Shown here: in pieces, positions 17,400 through 24,087 of the stretch
How positions within the stretch are numbered: the stretch's first letter is position 1
How the letters are laid out: every line of letters starts with the position of its first letter
From: an uncultured bacterium
GTDB lineage: Bacteria > Hydrothermota > UBA3072
Length of the DNA: 44,880 nt
Assembly (NCBI GenBank): GCA_964604245.1
Contig: CAZRYJ010000003.1
Span: 1 to 44,880 of the forward strand
Direction: 5' to 3'
Translations under genes and position numbers: made by a program
The notes under the pieces: model-generated
What the model was told of the DNA's origin: nothing
What the model saw: only the letters and a program-made list of their open reading frames with translations
Databases searched by the model: none

Positions 17400-18106
17400 T
17401 TTTTTCCTCCATTATTATTCGTATTTTTATTTTTTTCTGATTCTGTTAACAAACATGCAGCACATGGGTCCATGTAACAGTGAACATCTTCGTACACATC
17501 AAGACATGGATATTCAATATTAAGACATCCTCCACACACAGCACCCGGTGGTTCGGGACCCTGACATCTAAGCTGACATGTCGGGCAAATATACATGCAC
17601 GCACCGCATGTTCTGCATACATCAGATTTAATATCAAATGGCGTTGTTATTTTCCTTTCTTTGCCTCTGTTTACAAAACCTATTGCCCGTGCATCCATCT
17701 GTTCTTCACACATTCTTGTACAAAGACCACAAAGTATGCAGTCATCGCTTTTTAACTTGAATCTTACACTGGTCACATTGTATTTGGATGCCAAATCCTG
17801 AATGGTTTTTGAAGTATGACATCTTGCGAGCATAAGTTCTATTATTAATTTTCTGTAATTTATAACCTTTTTAGAATGTGTTCTAACTACCAATCCTTCT
17901 TCTACCGGGTATGTACAGGATGAAACGAATTTTGCGTTTTTTCCTTCACCAATTTCCACTATACAAAGTCTGCAGGCGCCATAATCCGAGAGACCGTCAT
18001 GATGACATAATGTCGGGATTTCTATCCCATAAAACTCAGCAGCTTCCAATATTGTCCAACCCTCTTCCACCTGGACTTCCAGTCCATTAAGTTTTATCTT
18101 TACCAC
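17390..18106 (-). CDS. 2Fe-2S plus 2x[4Fe-4S] ferredoxin-domain protein (NuoG/HydA N-terminal-like, no catalytic domain) with Cys-rich tail
   Basis: MVKIKLNGLEVQVEEGWTILEAA..IPTLCHH...ACRLC...SSC (plant-type 2Fe-2S). CILCGLCTRMC and CRTCGACMYICP are ferredoxin-type clusters. The last ~50 aa carry 9 further Cys. Confidence 0.75.
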   Translation of the reverse strand: MVKIKLNGLEVQVEEGWTILEAAEFYGIEIPTLCHHDGLSDYGACRLCIVEIGEGKNAKFVSSCTYPVEEGLVVRTHSKKVINYRKLIIELMLARCHTSKTIQDLASKYNVTSVRFKLKSDDCILCGLCTRMCEEQMDARAIGFVNRGKERKITTPFDIKSDVCRTCGACMYICPTCQLRCQGPEPPGAVCGGCLNIEYPCLDVYEDVHCYMDPCAACLLTESEKNKNTNNNGGKKCL

Positions 18107-21100
18107 TTTCTACCTCTTCTTTAAACTGCTTTTTCCCATCCTCAGTTTCTAAATCGCACCTAACACAGCGCCTTGCCTCTCTAATAGCAGCTTCTTCGGT
18201 AAAACCTAACTCTACCTCATCGAAATTGTTAACCCTTTTACTCACTGATAAATATGGCATTGCTTGTCTTTCTGCTTCCATAACCTCTTCTTCTGTCAGT
18301 TCAACTGGCTCTACATACATTGATGGTCTAATTATTTTGTATTCTCTTACCAACGGCTTACCCTGCAGATACTTATCGATCATTTCTGCAGCTATTTTAC
18401 CGGACGACATAGCTTCTATCACTGTGTTGGGGCCCTTTACAACATCTCCTCCGGCAAAAACACCGGCTACACTTGTAACGAATGTCTCATGATTTACTAC
18501 TATAGTGTTGTGCTTACTTATTTCAAATTTGTTTCTGTCAAGGAAAGAAACATCCGGTTGTTCACCTATAGCTACTACTATCAGAGAGTCGATTTCAACA
18601 ACAAACTCTGAACCCTTAATCGGAATCGGTCTTTTTCTGCCGGATTCATCCATTTCCCCCAATTTCATCTTAATGCATTCAACCCCGGTAATTTTTCTAT
18701 TTTTAGTCAAAATCTTTACAGGTGCTGTCAGTAACTGCATCTCGATTTTTTCTTCGATAGCTGCATTTACCTCTTCCTTGATCGCAGGCATCTCATTTAT
18801 TGTTCTCCTGTATATTATAAAGACCTTTTCACAACCCTTTATACGGTTAGCGGCCCTGGCAGCATCAACAGCAGCATTACCTCCACCAATGACACCAACT
18901 CTTTTACCTATTTTAACCTCTTTTCCAAGGTTTATATCCTTCAAAAAATCCATAGCATGCAGAACACCAGCAGCATCTTCATTCGGGATACCTAACTTCA
19001 AAGATTTGTGTGCGCCAGTTGCAATGAATATGGCGTCGTACTTGTCTCGAAGTTCATCAAAAAGAATATCCTTTCCTACAGTAACATTGGTTTTGATTTC
19101 CACTCCTGCATTTCTGATATTCTCAATATCTTTATTTAAAATCTTCTTAGGAAGCCTGTAATCCGGTATGTATGCATACAACGCGCCACCAACGACAGGC
19201 AAAGATTCGAAAATAGTAACGGTATATCCTTTCCGAGCAAGATAATAACTCGCTGTAAGCCCGGCGGGTCCGGAGCCAATAACAGCAACTTTTTCTTTCT
19301 TTGGCTTTTCAGTTTTACAAGAAGGTTTAAATCCCTCTCTTAAAGCGTAATCTGTAACAAATCTTTTAAGTCCTCTGATAGATATAGGGTCGCCGAATTT
19401 ACCCGATTGGCATTTGAATTCGCATGGATGATGACACACCCTGGCACAAACAGACGGCAGGGGGTTATCTTTCCAGATTATATCGAATGCCTCTTTGAAT
19501 CTTCCTCTGGCAATCAGTGAAATGTAAACAGGAACTTCTGTATCTATAGGACAAGTATGCTGACAGGGCGAAGAGATGATTTCTTTACATACCGCGGCGG
19601 GACAATTTTTGTATTTAATATGCTGCTCATATTCATCTTTGAAGTATCTGATAGTCGAAAGCAAAGGATTCGGAGCGGTCTGCCCAAGCCCACACATGGA
19701 CGTATCTTTGACAAGTTCACCTAATTCTTTCAATAGTTCGATGTCTTCTTCCTTTCCTGTTCCCTCAATGATACCGGTAAGTATTTCAAGCAATCTCTCA
19801 ATACCTTCTCTGCAGGTAAGACATTTGCCGCAGGATTCCTCCTGAAGAAACTCAAGAAAGTATTTCGCGGTATCAACCATGCAAGTATCCTCATCCATCA
19901 CAACCATACCACCGGAACCCATTATAGACCCAAGTGCCTTTAAACTCTCATAATCAACAGGCGTATCTAAAAATTCTTCAGGTATACATCCTCCTGACGG
20001 TCCTCCCGTTTGGACTGCTTTAAACTTCTTACTCTGAGGTATACCCCCTCCGATATCGTACACCATCTCCCTCAACGTTATACCCATAGGAACTTCAACT
20101 AAACCCGTATTGTTTATCTTTCCAACCAACGAGAATATTTTTGTACCTTTGCTTCCTTCTGTTCCAATTTCCGAGAACCACTCTGCGCCGTTGTTAATAA
20201 TCAGCGGTACGTTCGCCCATGTTTCAACATTATTTATATTCGTCGGCTTTCTCCATATTCCTTTCTGAGCAGGAAACGGTGGTCTCTGTCTTGGCTCACC
20301 CTTCTTTCCCTCTATTGATGCAATAAGCGCCGTCTCTTCACCACAAACGAACGCACCAGCTCCTGTAATCACCTCTATATCAAAATTAAAATCTGTACCA
20401 AGTATCCCTTTGCCAAGCAATCCGTATTCTTCCATCTGGGTTATAGCTATTTTAACATTTTTTACGGCAAGAGGATACTCATGCCTGACATATATGAACC
20501 CTTCACTCGAACCAATAGCATATGCTCCAATCAGCATTCCTTCTAAAACAGAATGAGGATTTCCTTCCAGAAGGCTTCTATTCATATAGGCACCGGGGTC
20601 TCCTTCATCGGCATTACAAACAATGTATTTTACGTCACCCTTAGCCTTTCTGCAAAACTCCCATTTGATACCTGCCGGGAAACCAGCTCCACCCCTGCCA
20701 CGTAAACCCGATTTTTTCACCTCATATATTATCTCTTCAGGTTTCATTGTTTTGAGAGTTTTGCAGAATGCCGAATATCCACCAATTCCAATATAGTCCT
20801 CTATCTTATTGGGATCAATCAATACATTACTGGCTAAATGCGTTCTGACCTGTTTCTGGTAAAAGGGGATATCTTTTTCATATTTAATATTTTTACCGGT
20901 TTTTGGATCAACATACAGCAAACGATCAATAACTTTTTTATTGATAATAGCTTCAGATACAATTTCCTCTGCATCTTCCGGTTTAACACTTTGATAGAAT
21001 ATATTTTCAGGATTAACAATAACTATAGGCTCTACCTGACAAAAACCGTGACAGCCTGTTATCCTTGTATTCACCTTTTTGTCCAAATTGTGTTTTTTTA

Positions 21101-21263
21101 GCGATTCCCTTAATGCATCAATAACAGCTAAAGATCCTTTAGCTTGACCACACGTACCAGATGACACTATTAGACACAACTCATTAGATTCATTTTTTTT
21201 AGATTCACGAATTTCACCACACAATGATTCAAATTCACCTATATCCGAAAATCTCATATTCAT
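18087..21263 (-). CDS. NuoF-like (NADH/FMN/4Fe-4S) :: GltD/NfnB-like (FAD/NADPH) fusion flavoprotein with N-terminal thioredoxin-like 2Fe-2S domain
   Basis: 1058 aa. SSGTCGQAKG...GCHGFCQ (thioredoxin-like FeS), GLRGRGGAGFPAGIKW (NuoF FMN site) and ESCGKCLTCREG (N3-type cluster). NPLPSVCARVCHHPCEFKC is a GltD N-terminal FeS motif. VAVIGSGPAGLTASYYLARKG and VGVIGGGNAAVDAARAA are two Rossmann folds, followed by FAGGDVV. Confidence 0.85.
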   Translation of the reverse strand: MNMRFSDIGEFESLCGEIRESKKNESNELCLIVSSGTCGQAKGSLAVIDALRESLKKHNLDKKVNTRITGCHGFCQVEPIVIVNPENIFYQSVKPEDAEEIVSEAIINKKVIDRLLYVDPKTGKNIKYEKDIPFYQKQVRTHLASNVLIDPNKIEDYIGIGGYSAFCKTLKTMKPEEIIYEVKKSGLRGRGGAGFPAGIKWEFCRKAKGDVKYIVCNADEGDPGAYMNRSLLEGNPHSVLEGMLIGAYAIGSSEGFIYVRHEYPLAVKNVKIAITQMEEYGLLGKGILGTDFNFDIEVITGAGAFVCGEETALIASIEGKKGEPRQRPPFPAQKGIWRKPTNINNVETWANVPLIINNGAEWFSEIGTEGSKGTKIFSLVGKINNTGLVEVPMGITLREMVYDIGGGIPQSKKFKAVQTGGPSGGCIPEEFLDTPVDYESLKALGSIMGSGGMVVMDEDTCMVDTAKYFLEFLQEESCGKCLTCREGIERLLEILTGIIEGTGKEEDIELLKELGELVKDTSMCGLGQTAPNPLLSTIRYFKDEYEQHIKYKNCPAAVCKEIISSPCQHTCPIDTEVPVYISLIARGRFKEAFDIIWKDNPLPSVCARVCHHPCEFKCQSGKFGDPISIRGLKRFVTDYALREGFKPSCKTEKPKKEKVAVIGSGPAGLTASYYLARKGYTVTIFESLPVVGGALYAYIPDYRLPKKILNKDIENIRNAGVEIKTNVTVGKDILFDELRDKYDAIFIATGAHKSLKLGIPNEDAAGVLHAMDFLKDINLGKEVKIGKRVGVIGGGNAAVDAARAANRIKGCEKVFIIYRRTINEMPAIKEEVNAAIEEKIEMQLLTAPVKILTKNRKITGVECIKMKLGEMDESGRKRPIPIKGSEFVVEIDSLIVVAIGEQPDVSFLDRNKFEISKHNTIVVNHETFVTSVAGVFAGGDVVKGPNTVIEAMSSGKIAAEMIDKYLQGKPLVREYKIIRPSMYVEPVELTEEEVMEAERQAMPYLSVSKRVNNFDEVELGFTEEAAIREARRCVRCDLETEDGKKQFKEEVESGKDKT

Positions 21264-21736
21264 TATGCATTCTCACTCTTTTTGTATTTATTTAAAATTG
21301 TACCTACCATTCTTTGTGTTACATGAGAATAATAAGTATTACCTATGACTACAACTGGACCCAATGCACAGCATCCAAGACATCTAACAGTTTCTAAGGT
21401 GAATAGTTTGTCTCCTGTCGTTTCGCCAACATCAATGTCCAGTCTTCTTTTAACTTCATCAACAATCCTTTGCCCCCCTCTCACATGGCAGGCTGTGCCA
21501 ACACATACATTTATAATATGCTTTCCTCTTGGCTTCAAACTGAAAACTTTGTAAAACGTGGCTGCGGAATAGACCTGTATAAGCGGAATATTTAGTCTAT
21601 TTGCTACGGTTACAAGAGCTTCTTTTGGAAGATAATTGTACTCCGATTGAATATCTAACAGTATGGAAATCAATGAATCGTCCTCATTATTCCATTTATC
21701 CAAAATAGATTCAACAGATATTAATGATTCCATCAC
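21263..21736 (-). CDS. NuoE/HydC-like thioredoxin-fold 2Fe-2S subunit
   Basis: 157 aa. CVGTACHVRGG...CLGCCALGP four-Cys pattern of the 24-kDa subunit family. The ATG at 21733 is the likely start (the track uses the GTG at 21736). The stop overlaps the next ATG as TAATG. Confidence 0.85.
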   Translation of the reverse strand: MMESLISVESILDKWNNEDDSLISILLDIQSEYNYLPKEALVTVANRLNIPLIQVYSAATFYKVFSLKPRGKHIINVCVGTACHVRGGQRIVDEVKRRLDIDVGETTGDKLFTLETVRCLGCCALGPVVVIGNTYYSHVTQRMVGTILNKYKKSENA

Positions 21737-21792
21737 AACGATCTCTCATTTAATCGAGATAAAGTGATTCTAAAAGGATTCAACTCTTCCAT
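21733..21792 (-). CDS. candidate 19-codon upstream ORF derived from the gdhA 5' end (MEELNPFRITLSRLNERSL)
   Basis: ATG at 21792 behind GAAGGAGG plus a 7-nt spacer. The first 7 codons are identical in protein to the gdhA N-terminus (MEELNPF). The TGA stop (21735..21733) overlaps the nuoE-like ATG as TGATG. The nuoE-like gene has no RBS of its own. Confidence 0.4.
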   Translation of the reverse strand: MEELNPFRITLSRLNERSL

Positions 21793-21861
21793 TAATTCGA
21801 CCTCCTTCGAAGGACAAATTCGCACTACTCTCCAATTCGACTATTTATAAATTCAAGTTCG

Positions 21862-21889
21862 AATATATACACGTTATAAATAATGTCAA
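21862..21889 (-). promoter_or_regulatory. sigma70-type promoter of the nuoE-like operon (paralogous to the gdhA promoter)
   Basis: On the minus strand: TTGACA (21889..21884), a 16-nt spacer, then TATATT (21867..21862). The hexamers and spacing match the gdhA promoter. Confidence 0.65.
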
Positions 21890-21909
21890 GGCTAAAATTC
21901 GTTTTTTTA

Positions 21910-21923
21910 TGAATTTTTATTCA
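21910..21923. promoter_or_regulatory. conserved palindrome TGAAT-N4-ATTCA upstream of -35 (candidate regulator site)
   Basis: tgaatttttattca is identical to 23722..23735. It lies about 20 nt upstream of -35 in both paralogous promoter regions. Confidence 0.45.
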
Positions 21924-21981
21924 ATTCTATATGAATAATTCAAGAAATAAAGATTTTAAACTATCCAGAAAAAAAATTATA

Positions 21982-22014
21982 AACCACGAAACACACTAAA
22001 TACACGAAAAAAAC
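21982..22014 (+). repeat. CACGAA-word module
   Basis: aaCCACGAAaCACactaaataCACGAAaaaaac. Confidence 0.75.
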
Positions 22015-22030
22015 AAATAAATTTAAAAAA

Positions 22031-22083
22031 TCACCAAAGAGGACACAGAGAAGGAAGAACACACCGAGACCACAGAGAAAAAA
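22031..22083 (+). repeat. CACAGAG-word element
   Basis: tCACcaaagaggaCACAGAGaaggaagaaCACaccgagaCCACAGAGaaaaaa. Confidence 0.8.
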
Positions 22084-22100
22084 TAGTTTTGTTTATTTAA

Positions 22101-22164
22101 AACCCAACCCAGAACACCAATAATTAGCCACTGATTTTCACGGATTAACATGGACTTCCCAACC
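22101..22164 (+). repeat. CCCAACCC-CCAATAAT linker plus GATT-word element
   Basis: aaCCCAACCCagaacaCCAATAATtagCCACtgattttCACggattaaCAtggacttCCCAACC. Confidence 0.75.
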
Positions 22165-22200
22165 TTTCATCCCTAAATACTTTTTTTTAAAAAAAATTTT

Positions 22201-22233
22201 TCTATCAGTGTTTATCTGTGTTCATCCGCGGCT
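22201..22233 (-). repeat. GAT-word module, reverse orientation
   Basis: Reverse complement: agccgcGGATgaaCACAGATaaaCACTGATaga. Confidence 0.55.
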
Positions 22234-22260
22234 ATTTTCATTTTTTATGATTATCATTTT

Positions 22261-22284
22261 GCTCTTTGATATTTGATATTTAAT
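22261..22284. repeat. TTTGAT word cluster
   Basis: gctcTTTGATaTTTGATatttaat. Confidence 0.5.
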
Positions 22285-22297
22285 TTATTAATCAAGC

Positions 22298-22347
22298 ATA
22301 AGAAATAAAAACAGGCTAACGGACGTTAGCCTGTTTTTATTTCTTAT
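22298..22347. terminator. gdhA intrinsic terminator: 50-nt perfect palindrome, potentially bidirectional
   Basis: ataagaaataaaaacaggctaacg-ga-cgttagcctgtttttatttcttat. It has a GC-containing core stem with A-run/T-run flanks on both strands and starts 14 nt after the gdhA stop. Confidence 0.8.
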
Positions 22348-22361
22348 GGTAATTAAGCCTA

Positions 22362-23606
22362 CTACACCCAGCCTCTTATTTTCATCGCATCAACGACTCT
22401 CTTAACCGCAACCATATAAGCGGCAAGCCGGTTGTGTACTTTCTCATTAGCTCTCATATCATGAACAGCGTGAAAAGCTTTAGTCATATGCTCATCGAGT
22501 TCATTGTAAACCCTCTCAATAGGCCAGTAATAACCTGCTTCATTCTGAACCCATTCAAAATAAGAAACCGTTACACCACCAGCATTTGCAAGAAAATCAG
22601 GTATTACATAGCAATCATTATTATGAAGAATTTTATCCGCCTCAGGAGTTGTCGGTCCATTCGCGAGCTCTACGCTTATCTTAGCTTTAATCTTACTTGC
22701 ATTTTTTTCGGTAATAACATTTTCCAATGCTGCCGGGATTAGCACATCTACATCGAGCTCAAGTAATTCTTCATTACTAATTTTATCTTCGTCCAATTTA
22801 ACAACACTGCCTTTTTTTAATTTAGTGCTTATGCATTTCTTTGCTTTTAAACCGCTCTTATTCAATATTGCACCTTTTGAATCAGATATGGCGATTACTT
22901 TAGAACCAAACATTTCTTCTATTAGAGAATGAGCAAACTGTCCCGCATTACCGTATCCTTGAATTGCAACTGTCGCTTTAGAAAGATCTATGTCGTTTAT
23001 ATACGCGGCTTCCCTCAAAACAAACATTCCGCCTCTTGCTGTAGCATCTCCCCTGCCGAGTGAACCGCCGACATTAATCAACTTTCCGGTTATCACTCCG
23101 GGAGTGTTATAACCGGTTATATTTGAATATTCATCCATCATCCATGCCATAATCTGCGGCGTAGTGTAAACATCCGGAGCGGGAATGTCTTTCTTTGGGC
23201 CTATAAACCTGCCGAGAGCTCTGATATAACCCCTGGCAAGACGCTCTTTCTCACCCTCGGACATTTCTTTTGGATTACAGATAACACCACCCTTACTTCC
23301 ACCATAAGGGATATCAACTACAGAAGTCTTCCATGTCATCCAGGCCGCGAGAGCCCTGACTGTATCTATAGTTTCTTCGGGATGCCACCGTATACCGCCT
23401 TTTGTAGGTCCACGAGCGTCATTGTACTGGACCCTGAACCCCTGAAATACTTTTGTGGTACCGTCATCTATTTTAACCGGTATAGTAACATGAAGTTCAC
23501 GCATCGGCCACCTTAGCATCTCGTGAGTACCCGAATCGAGCTTAAGAAGCTTTGCAGCTTCATCTAACTGAGCCTGCGCGATTTTAAAAGGATTTAACTC
23601 TTCCAT
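22362..23606 (-). CDS. gdhA: glutamate dehydrogenase (Glu/Leu/Phe/Val dehydrogenase family)
   Basis: PYGGSKGGV catalytic Lys motif and the GYGNAGQ Rossmann motif. I place the start at the ATG at 23606 (MEELNPFK), 7 nt after GAAGGAGG. The track start (TTG 23624) lies inside that RBS. Confidence 0.95.
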   Translation of the reverse strand: MEELNPFKIAQAQLDEAAKLLKLDSGTHEMLRWPMRELHVTIPVKIDDGTTKVFQGFRVQYNDARGPTKGGIRWHPEETIDTVRALAAWMTWKTSVVDIPYGGSKGGVICNPKEMSEGEKERLARGYIRALGRFIGPKKDIPAPDVYTTPQIMAWMMDEYSNITGYNTPGVITGKLINVGGSLGRGDATARGGMFVLREAAYINDIDLSKATVAIQGYGNAGQFAHSLIEEMFGSKVIAISDSKGAILNKSGLKAKKCISTKLKKGSVVKLDEDKISNEELLELDVDVLIPAALENVITEKNASKIKAKISVELANGPTTPEADKILHNNDCYVIPDFLANAGGVTVSYFEWVQNEAGYYWPIERVYNELDEHMTKAFHAVHDMRANEKVHNRLAAYMVAVKRVVDAMKIRGWV

Positions 23607-23673
23607 CAAATTAACCTCCTTCAAAAGCTATTTTTTTACCTACTCCCCAATTCAATCCCTTACAATTAAATCG

Positions 23674-23701
23674 AATATACATAAGTTACAAATATTGTCA
23701 A
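23674..23701 (-). promoter_or_regulatory. sigma70-type gdhA promoter
   Basis: On the minus strand: TTGACA (23701..23696), a 16-nt spacer, then TATATT (23679..23674). Confidence 0.65.
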
Positions 23702-23721
23702 GGGTAAAAATTCATTATTTG

Positions 23722-23735
23722 TGAATTTTTATTCA
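23722..23735. promoter_or_regulatory. conserved palindrome TGAAT-N4-ATTCA upstream of the gdhA -35
   Basis: tgaatttttattca is identical to 21910..21923. Confidence 0.45.
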
Positions 23736-23780
23736 ATTTTTTCCGAATAATTTAAATCATAGCGCGGCAAAGCCGCTATT

Positions 23781-23857
23781 TTGCCACAAAGACACAAAGC
23801 CCCATTGCACCCAACCCAAATAATTAGACGCAGATTAAAAAAGATTGACAGGATTTA
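23781..23857 (+). repeat. CACAAAG element plus CCCAACCC-AATAAT linker plus GATT-word module
   Basis: ttgCCACAAAGaCACAAAGCCCCattgCACCCAACCCaaATAATtagaCGCAGATTaaaaaaGATTgaCAGGATTta. Confidence 0.75.
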
Positions 23858-23962
23858 TTATTTCGTTTTTTAAAACTTAGCTCAACACCCTAAATCAATC
23901 TCACAGGGAGATGTCGAGGACATGTAGCCCATACCACTTTTATTTTGTCGACGTTTCATCTG

Positions 23963-24026
23963 AAAAAATAAAAATTAAAGGGGATGAGTGGGTTTAGCGT
24001 TCTCTGTGCTCTCTGTGGTTAAAAAA
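23963..24026 (-). repeat. CACAGAG-word element, reverse orientation
   Basis: Reverse complement: ttttttaaCCACagagagCACagagaacgctaaaCCCACtCAtCCCCtttaatttttatttttt. Confidence 0.8.
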
Positions 24027-24054
24027 TTGGAGGTAGTATGGTGGAACATTACCA

Positions 24055-24082
24055 TTGACAACTTCGTCTTGAATTATATACT
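24055..24082 (+). promoter_or_regulatory. sigma70-type promoter, apparently leaderless, for the DUF2905 gene and glycan block
   Basis: TTGACA at 24055..24060, a 16-nt spacer, then TATACT at 24077..24082. Only 5 nt separate it from the ATG at 24088, and there is no RBS. Confidence 0.5.
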
Positions 24083-24087
24083 TTAAT

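Larger units (their letters stand above)
21733..21942 (-). repeat. ~210-nt paralogous copy of the gdhA promoter, 5'UTR and first codons
   Basis: My hand alignment with 23547..23755 shows shared blocks: GAATAATT, ATTGAATAAAAATTCA, TTGACA-16-TATATTCGA, GAATTGGRGAGTAG, GAAGGAGGT and ATGGAAGAGTTRAATCCTTTT. Confidence 0.8.
23547..23755 (-). repeat. gdhA promoter/5'UTR/first ~17 codons: parent copy of the duplication at 21733..21942
   Basis: See 21733..21942. Confidence 0.8.

Noticed and set aside
18505-19161. 218-aa plus-strand ORF. Many other plus-strand ORFs are of the same kind, e.g. 12895..13293, 14754..15146, 7387..7725, 33798..34163, 32559..32921 and 174..392.
   Set aside because: All lie antisense to strongly supported minus-strand genes. 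They have S/F/L/I-rich composition typical of the complement of A-rich codons and contain no motifs.
23607-23624. N-terminal extension of gdhA (the track start, TTG at 23624, giving MKEVNL-).
   Set aside because: The TTG lies inside the GAAGGAGG Shine-Dalgarno that is correctly spaced for the ATG at 23606. The paralogous copy at 21792 supports the ATG as the start.
23761-23780. GCGGC-AAA-GCCGC hairpin followed by TATTTT as a terminator.
   Set aside because: No gene ends upstream of it on either strand, since it lies in a divergent promoter region. It may be structural, but calling it a terminator is unsupported.
23845-23850. TTGACA hexamer in aagaTTGACAggattt.
   Set aside because: It is part of a GATT-word repeat (GATT-GACAGGATT). 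No acceptable -10 box follows and no gene lies downstream in that orientation before the real promoter at 24055.
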